Positions 57,906 through 64,000 of a DNA stretch of 64,000 nucleotides are shown piece after piece (positions within the stretch are counted from its first letter, which is position 1; every line of letters begins with the position of its first letter). The stretch is from an uncultured Desulfosarcina sp. Lineage in GTDB: Bacteria > Desulfobacterota > Desulfobacteria > Desulfobacterales > Desulfosarcinaceae. Location: NCBI GenBank assembly GCA_963674945.2, contig CAXXWQ010000004.1:1856001-1920000 (forward strand), given 5' to 3'. The translations under genes were made by a program, and so were the position numbers. The notes beneath the pieces were generated by a model. The model searched no databases, had not been told where the DNA came from, and saw only the letters and a list, made by a program, of their open reading frames with translations.

Positions 57906-58700
57906 CTACTCATTTCTCGGCTGCAAAAGCAGTCTTTCGCCCCTGCCAAAGCAGCGCTTCCGCACGAGGTATACAACAAGAAAGGATCCGATGGCCGTGG
58001 ATCCCACCAGCATGACCATCACCATGATTTGGTACCGGACGGCCTGAAGCGGATCGGCGCCGGCCAGAATCTGCCCGGTCATCATACCTGGAATGAAGAC
58101 GATACCGACGGTCATCATGGAATTGATCGACGGAATCATTCCGGCCCGCATGGCGGTGCCGAGTATCTTATTGCTGGCCTCTTTGTAATCCGCGCCCAGG
58201 CAAAGCAGCGCCTCTACTTCGTTCCGGCGCTTTCGAAGCTCACCCAGCAGCCGTTCCAGTGCGATTGCGGTGGCGTTCATGGAATTGCCGATCACCATCC
58301 CACCCAAAGGGATAAAATACTGCGGCTTCCACCAGGGCTTGACTCCGACCACCACGGCCGTCACCATATAGGAAACAATGATATAACTGACCACCATGGA
58401 AATGAACAGCGGCCAGAAAAACGTCACCTGTTTTTCTTTAATCCGGTTTCGAATTTCCCAGGCGGCAAAAAAGATCATGAAACCAAACACGGCCAGGACC
58501 AACACCGCGTCGTCCAGCTTGAAAATGAAGATGAGGATATAACCGAGAGCAAACAGCTGGACAAAAGTTCTGACAGTCCCCACCAGCAGGTCTTTTTCCA
58601 GTTTGAGCGCATGTACCAGAGAGGTGATACCGGCCACCAGTATGAAGACGAGCCCGAAAGCCAATTGCCCGATACCGATTGAGACGATCTCCGGTGTCAT
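57906..58700 (-). CDS. fetB: Iron-export ABC permease, FetB/YbbM family
   Basis: RTFVQL, YFIP..GMVIGNSM, IPGMMTGQILAG.DP..AV.YQ. Confidence 0.88.
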   Translation of the reverse strand: MTPEIVSIGIGQLAFGLVFILVAGITSLVHALKLEKDLLVGTVRTFVQLFALGYILIFIFKLDDAVLVLAVFGFMIFFAAWEIRNRIKEKQVTFFWPLFISMVVSYIIVSYMVTAVVVGVKPWWKPQYFIPLGGMVIGNSMNATAIALERLLGELRKRRNEVEALLCLGADYKEASNKILGTAMRAGMIPSINSMMTVGIVFIPGMMTGQILAGADPLQAVRYQIMVMVMLVGSTAIGSFLVVYLVRKRCFGRGERLLLQPRNE

Positions 58701-59374
58701 GGGACGACCTCCGCGCAACCATCACCAATCTCAAGCACCTTGGGCTTGACAAATCTGGATTCAAACCTTCGATGGCTTACCATCAGCACCGTCAAACCCG
58801 ATTCCGAACACAATCTCTCCGCGGTTTCCTCCACAATCCGGGCACTTACTTCATCCAGGGCGCTGGCCGGCTCGTCTAACAGGAGCACCTTCGGATTCAG
58901 CAGCAATCCCCTCAAAAAGCACAGGCGTTGAAGCTGGCCAACGGAAAGTGTCAACGCATGCGTATCCAGAGATATGTCGTGTAAAAGAAATCGATCCAGA
59001 AGAGATCTGAGTTCATCATCGTCCGGCGGTTTCAGATCGCGGTTGTTTTTGAAAGAGAATGCCAAAAGCAGGTTCTCACGAACCGTTGCGTCAACGGAGG
59101 TCGGTGTCTGTTGAACGTAGAGAATCGACCGGCGAAGCAACGGAGGACTGTACGACGTAAGTTGACGGCCCTCGTACATCAGATGGCCGTGTGACGGTTC
59201 CTCCAGCCGATTGATCAGACGCAACAATGTAGATTTCCCTGAACCGGAAGGACCGCGCACCAGGTAAAAGGTGCCGCCTGCCAACTGCAGCGAAAAATTC
59301 CGAAAAAGATCCTTTCCCCCGGCGTAAGAAAAGCCGACCTCTGAAAACTCGATCATCGTGATGCTGTTTCCCAT
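58697..59374 (-). CDS. fetA: ABC ATPase, FetA/YbbL family
   Basis: [24 protein letters not shown]; overlaps fetB. Confidence 0.82.
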   Translation of the reverse strand: MGNSITMIEFSEVGFSYAGGKDLFRNFSLQLAGGTFYLVRGPSGSGKSTLLRLINRLEEPSHGHLMYEGRQLTSYSPPLLRRSILYVQQTPTSVDATVRENLLLAFSFKNNRDLKPPDDDELRSLLDRFLLHDISLDTHALTLSVGQLQRLCFLRGLLLNPKVLLLDEPASALDEVSARIVEETAERLCSESGLTVLMVSHRRFESRFVKPKVLEIGDGCAEVVP

Positions 59375-59566
59375 GATTTTTCTATCAGATATTGTATTTC
59401 ATCATCATCGGTTTTTCAATTCATGAACCGTCTGTATTGAACGATATTAGTATGACAAGGAAGCGGTCGTTTTCAACACGACAACACATTTATTTTGTGT
59501 TGCCGTTGTTCAAAACGACCGTCTTGATCTGAAACAAGTATTTGCACCATGAATGTGGAGATCATC

Positions 59567-60858
59567 ATGTTACAACGGTTGAACTTAAAATGGAAAGTAC
59601 TGGCGATAATTGCGACGGGTCCACTGGTCATCGCCGTTATTTTTTCCTGGTATCGGGTCGGCGACATCCGCAACGGCGCCGAGAACGCCATCGTCGCGAA
59701 AAGCGAGGCCATCGTCCTGATGGCGGAGGCAACGCGGCAGGAGATGTCCAAAAAGCGAGAATCCGGTATCATGCGCCCCTTTGATGAAATCGACGAGTCA
59801 AAGGTCCTGCAGGCGGTTCCCGTCATCACCGCGATAAACACGGCAGCGATCAACGCGCAAAAGGCGACCTGTCCGAGACCCTTTCCGTGAAAAACAGCGA
59901 TGAAATCGGCAAGATGGCCCAAAGCCTCAATGAAATGGCTGTTAATCTCCGCGGCATGATCCAGGAGATCTCCGCAAGTGGCGAAGAACTGGTCGGTTCG
60001 GCAGAGGGATTGGACTTTGTTTCCCGCTCTCTGGCCGAAGGATCGGAAAATACCGCCGGACGGTCCAATACGGTGGCCGTCGCAGCAGAAGAAATGAGTT
60101 CGAACATGAATACGGTCGCTGCCGCCATGGAGCAGGCCGCCACCAATGTCGGCATCGTCGCCACGGCCACCGAGGAGATGAATCGGACCATCAACGATAT
60201 TTCCGGAAAAGCGGAAAATGCCAAAGACACGACGGAAAATGCCGTTATCCGTGCACGCAATGCCTCTGAAAAGATCAACGAACTCGGAAAGGCGGCCACC
60301 TTGATCGGCCGTGTCACCGAAACCATCACCGAGATTTCGGAACAGACCAACCTTCTGGCATTGAATGCTACCATCGAAGCCGCCCGGGCGGGAGAAGCCG
60401 GCAAGGGGTTCGCCGTTGTCGCCAATGAGATCAAGGAACTGGCCAAGCAGACCTCCGCCGCGACCGATGAAATCAGGCAAACCATTTTGGACATTCAGGA
60501 TTCCACCAGCCAATCGGTGGCCGATATCGAAGACGTCACCGCCATCATCGACAAAGTCAACCACACTGTATTGGAGATCGCCACGGCCATGGAAGAACAG
60601 GCCCGGACGACCCGTGAAATTTCGGATAACGTCGGTCAAGCGTCCCTGGGAATCCAGGAGGTCAATGAGAATGTTTCCCAAAGTTCCGCGGTTTCCTCGG
60701 AAATCGCCCGGGATATCGTCGAAGTCAACCAGTCCGCCAATGACATGCGGGAGAACAGCAGCCAACTGGATGCCAACGCCAAAAGACTGATCGACGTATC
60801 CGACAAGATGATCGCCCGCGTTACGAAATTCACTCTGGAAGGCGAATCGGAAGGGTGA
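59567..60858 (+). pseudogene. Methyl-accepting chemotaxis protein with an internal deletion and frameshift
   Basis: TM1 and the start of a sensor domain (59567-59890) jump out of frame into the HAMP end [15 protein letters not shown] and a signalling domain ([27 protein letters not shown]). TM2 is absent. Confidence 0.8.
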
Positions 60859-62269
60859 TCACCGCTTGCGCACCACCCGATGAACGGTTGTGCAGCCCGA
60901 TATGACCGCCATGCAAATGGGCCACCTGTTTGACGAGATTGAGTCCCAGTCCGGTACTCTTGCGGCCGCTGTCCTGGCGCCGCAAGGAGTAAAATTTATC
61001 GAAGACCTTTTTCAGGGCGTACGCGGGTATACCTGCGCCGTTGTCTTCGATCCGAATTTGCACGGTTTTACCGCTATATTTCACGGAGATGGCGATCTCT
61101 CCGGAAGGATGGCAAAAATCGATGGCATTTTGCACAAGGTTTGCCACTGCCTGGTGAAGCCAGAAGGCATCGCCGAAAATTTCCGTCTTCCCGGCAATAT
61201 CCACGGTCACGGCGATGTGCTTGGCCACGAAAAGCGATTGTTTGCTTTGGATCACGTCATTGACAATGGTTTCCAGATTGACCCTTTCCCGCCGGGCGAG
61301 GGCCTGCTTGTTTTCCAGGCCCGAAAGCATGAGCATCCGGTCGACGATATTTTGAATCCGGTTGGCTTCGGTGCGAATGTGGGTCAAAAAACGTTTGCGC
61401 TGCGTTACGGGTACATCTTCTTCCAGCAGTTCGGCCGAGGCGCGGATGGCGGACAAGGGGCTTTTCACCTCATGGGTTAGCTGCTGCACATAGCGCTCCA
61501 CGTATGCCTTTCCCTCCAGTGTTTTCTGCATCTTCTGCAGCGCCCTGCCCATGATGCCGATTTCGGTGCGGTCCAGTCGCGGAAAACCGGCGCGTCGCCC
61601 GTCGGATACGGCATTGGCATAGTCGGTCATGCGCTGGATGGGCCGCGTGATCCATAATGCCACCAGGTAGCCCAGCACGATGGCAATGAGTCCGAAAAAC
61701 GCAACCACCTTGATGATGCGGGGTTTGGCCTGTTTTACGAAACTGTTGATGTTGGTGGTGGGCTTTGCCACACTCAAGACGCCTGCGATCTTACCATCCA
61801 CCATGATCGGCGCTGCCACGAAGAGCACCGAGGATGTGGGATCATCCGGATCGGAAAGGCTGGTTCGCGCACCATACGTTCCCTCGAGGGTCAAGCTGAC
61901 GTCTCGCCAATGTCTGAAATCGGCGCCGATCAAGCCGGGATCGCGGGAGTGAAACCGCACGATTCCCTGGGAATCGGTGATGTAGACGGCCGAATCCACG
62001 GCTGTTTTTGCAAGATGGTAAATGTTGACATCCAAAGAGCGCCGGTAGATGCCTGCGAAGGCATCGTAAAACGCCTCGGGATCGAATTGGTGGTCTGCCA
62101 TCATCTGCCCCACCACACCGGCCAGGATATTGGCCTGATCCACGAGGGGATCCTCCACGCCTTCCAGATAGCGGGTACGGAGCGTGTCCAGTACCCATCC
62201 CACGGGAAAAGCGAAACAGATGCAGAAAATGATCAGATAACAGCCGAAAATACGGATTCCGAGTTTCAT
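60830..62269 (-). CDS. creC: Two-component sensor histidine kinase CreC
   Basis: DV..TL.G.YGAR, VLSVAKP, LEGK.YVE.YV..LTHE.KSPL, KSTGLGL. Confidence 0.9.
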   Translation of the reverse strand: MKLGIRIFGCYLIIFCICFAFPVGWVLDTLRTRYLEGVEDPLVDQANILAGVVGQMMADHQFDPEAFYDAFAGIYRRSLDVNIYHLAKTAVDSAVYITDSQGIVRFHSRDPGLIGADFRHWRDVSLTLEGTYGARTSLSDPDDPTSSVLFVAAPIMVDGKIAGVLSVAKPTTNINSFVKQAKPRIIKVVAFFGLIAIVLGYLVALWITRPIQRMTDYANAVSDGRRAGFPRLDRTEIGIMGRALQKMQKTLEGKAYVERYVQQLTHEVKSPLSAIRASAELLEEDVPVTQRKRFLTHIRTEANRIQNIVDRMLMLSGLENKQALARRERVNLETIVNDVIQSKQSLFVAKHIAVTVDIAGKTEIFGDAFWLHQAVANLVQNAIDFCHPSGEIAISVKYSGKTVQIRIEDNGAGIPAYALKKVFDKFYSLRRQDSGRKSTGLGLNLVKQVAHLHGGHIGLHNRSSGGAQAVITLPIRLPE

Positions 62270-62955
62270 GACGGCGTGATATCTTCCTTCAATGCGTAGC
62301 CGGTGCCGCGGTGGGTGATGATGGGGTCGAGACCCTGCCGGACGCTTTTCAGCTTTGCCCTCAGATTCTTGATGTGGGCATCCACCGTGCGATCCATGCT
62401 GGCTTCGGGTTCATCCCATACGGCGGTCATGAGGTGTTCCCGGGTAAAAACCTGTCCGGGACGATGGATCAGGGTCCGCAGCAGTTCGAATTCGGTACGG
62501 GACAGTTCGAGAGGTCTGCCGAAGTAGTGGATGCGGCGCTTGGTGTCGTCCACGCCCCAGACGTCTTGTGGGCATGCTTCGTCCGGGCCGTTCGATCGGG
62601 TGCGGCGCAAAACCGCCTTGACGCGGGCGGTCAGCTCCCGGGGGCTGAAAGGTTTGACGACGTAGTCGTCACCGCCGATTTCCAGCCCGACGACCCGGTC
62701 CACCTCCTCATCCCGGGCCGTGAGGAAAATGATGGGCAGGGCGCTCTCCCGACGAATCTTCTTGCACAGCTCGAAACCGTTGATGTCCGGCAGGCCGATG
62801 TCCAGAATGATCAGATCGATTCCACCCGTGGCCACCTGCTGCAACGCCTCCTGTCCGGTGGGAACGGGAACCGGCGTAAACCCTTCGGTTTCCAGGGCAT
62901 ATTGGATGGTATCGGCGATGGCCGGTTCATCTTCCACAATCAGTATGTTTGCCAT
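62266..62955 (-). CDS. creB: Two-component response regulator CreB (OmpR family)
   Basis: ILIVEDEPAIADTI.YAL, DRTVDAHIK, THRG.GY; adjacent to creC. Confidence 0.88.
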   Translation of the reverse strand: MANILIVEDEPAIADTIQYALETEGFTPVPVPTGQEALQQVATGGIDLIILDIGLPDINGFELCKKIRRESALPIIFLTARDEEVDRVVGLEIGGDDYVVKPFSPRELTARVKAVLRRTRSNGPDEACPQDVWGVDDTKRRIHYFGRPLELSRTEFELLRTLIHRPGQVFTREHLMTAVWDEPEASMDRTVDAHIKNLRAKLKSVRQGLDPIITHRGTGYALKEDITPS

Positions 62956-63748
62956 CGAATACATTCCTGTTTCCATAACGATCCACAAGCCGCCTCATCA
63001 CCACAACGACGATCCACAGGATGACGGCGGACGCCACCACCATCAAACAATGCTTGCCGAATGCAGGCGGCGGTCGCCGAAATACCAAATTTACCGCCGG
63101 CACCCCCACGGCACCGAGAAGATACCACCCGAGAGGCAGCCAGGAGGGCCAAATGAGGTGATTACTCCGGCAGCAGGGTTCGAAGTGCGCTGCGAAAGAA
63201 TCTATTATCGGAGCAAGCCCCTTGAAAAACAACCCCAAAGCGCCCAGGTAGAGCCAGACACCCACCAAGCGGTGAAGGGCGGCAGGCGAAAGCCAGGTGT
63301 TGTAGATGTCCGCCCGGTAGAGCGCCATACTGACTGCGATCCGCAAGGTATTGGTTCCCAGGGTGCAGATATAGGCACCGAAAAACGAAAAGGCCAACCA
63401 TGCTGCCAGCACGGAAAAACGTCGCAGCCGGGCCAGACCGCAAAAAACGGCCAGGGCGAAGGCCATGATCACGAAATTGACCCCGGCGCAGGCCGGCGCG
63501 ATGACGATCCCCCGACTGAAATCCACATACCCGACCCCGGCCTCCCAGACCGGATCGGTGCCGGTGAGAAGGGCCAACAAACGGGCGGTGGGCAAGAGGA
63601 TCCACAACAGCTGTTCGGGACCGGCCATGCTGTAATGGCGTTTTAGCATCACCATCACAACCATGGCCATCATCGCTATCAGCAGCCGGTTTGTCCGGCT
63701 GTGGAAGAGGATCATGTCTGATCTTTCATCGGTGATCGAAAGATCCAT
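62927..63748 (-). CDS. xrtK: Exosortase K
   Basis: LK.HYS.A....L.WIL.PT, IAPACAGVNF (Cys), NTLRI (Arg), LHRLVG (His). Confidence 0.85.
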   Translation of the reverse strand: MDLSITDERSDMILFHSRTNRLLIAMMAMVVMVMLKRHYSMAGPEQLLWILLPTARLLALLTGTDPVWEAGVGYVDFSRGIVIAPACAGVNFVIMAFALAVFCGLARLRRFSVLAAWLAFSFFGAYICTLGTNTLRIAVSMALYRADIYNTWLSPAALHRLVGVWLYLGALGLFFKGLAPIIDSFAAHFEPCCRSNHLIWPSWLPLGWYLLGAVGVPAVNLVFRRPPPAFGKHCLMVVASAVILWIVVVVMRRLVDRYGNRNVFDGKHTDCGR

Positions 63749-63760
63749 TTTTTCCTCCCT

Positions 63761-64000
63761 TTACCGCTTAGCGCTGCAACTACGCTTGCGCCAGACCATC
63801 CAGAATACCGCTGCTGCGATCACAAACAGCATCGAGCCCATGTCCGGCTCCGGTACGTTGCGCGCACCCACGGCCATGTTGGATACGTGCAGGGGCAATG
63901 GCAGAGGTTGATCCACATCTGTTGCCGTATCTTCTGTGTTGCGCACCGTTTCGTGGACCGCAACAAAACTGGTATGGGCGGTCAGCATGTTATGGGCCAA
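63761..64000 (-). CDS. C-terminus of a probable VIT/vWA protein with a PEP-CTERM sorting signal (partial)
   Basis: HNMLTAHTSFVAV motif, then VPEP, a TM helix and RKR. Confidence 0.78.
   Translation of the reverse strand: MAHNMLTAHTSFVAVHETVRNTEDTATDVDQPLPLPLHVSNMAVGARNVPEPDMGSMLFVIAAAVFWMVWRKRSCSAKR

Overview
Chromosomal window from a Desulfobacterota (Desulfobacterales/Desulfosarcina-like) genome; the taxon is inferred from gene content and protein style. Bases 1-15.9 kb hold the core transcription/translation cluster on the minus strand: tRNA-Thr/Tyr/Gly/Thr, tuf, rpmG, tRNA-Trp, secE, nusG, rplK, rplA, the L10 leader, rplJ, rplL, rpoB, rpoC, rpsL, rpsG and a second tuf. No fusA lies between rpsG and tuf. 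The most striking observation is a roughly 99-aa parvulin (PpiC-type peptidyl-prolyl isomerase) domain inserted in frame inside RNA polymerase beta-prime. The rest is accessory: an MltD-like LysM transglycosylase, a solo IscU-like protein, a J-like/coiled-coil/PilZ protein, a split saccharopine (SDH + LKR) gene pair, a long PPi-dependent PFK, a five-gene TPR/CsgG-like/FlgT-like/TolB-like envelope operon, an AT-rich cassette-like islet, a radical SAM gene with a SsuABC-type importer, an arsR-arsC-acr3 operon ending in a CCG-domain Fe-S protein and carrying a small repeated element, yejABEF, a large transposase, a non-pyrrolysine MttB-family gene, a MalT-like regulator, fetAB, an internally deleted chemoreceptor, creBC, exosortase K and the PEP-CTERM tail of a probable VIT/vWA protein. 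All calls come from motif recognition by eye; no database searches were run.
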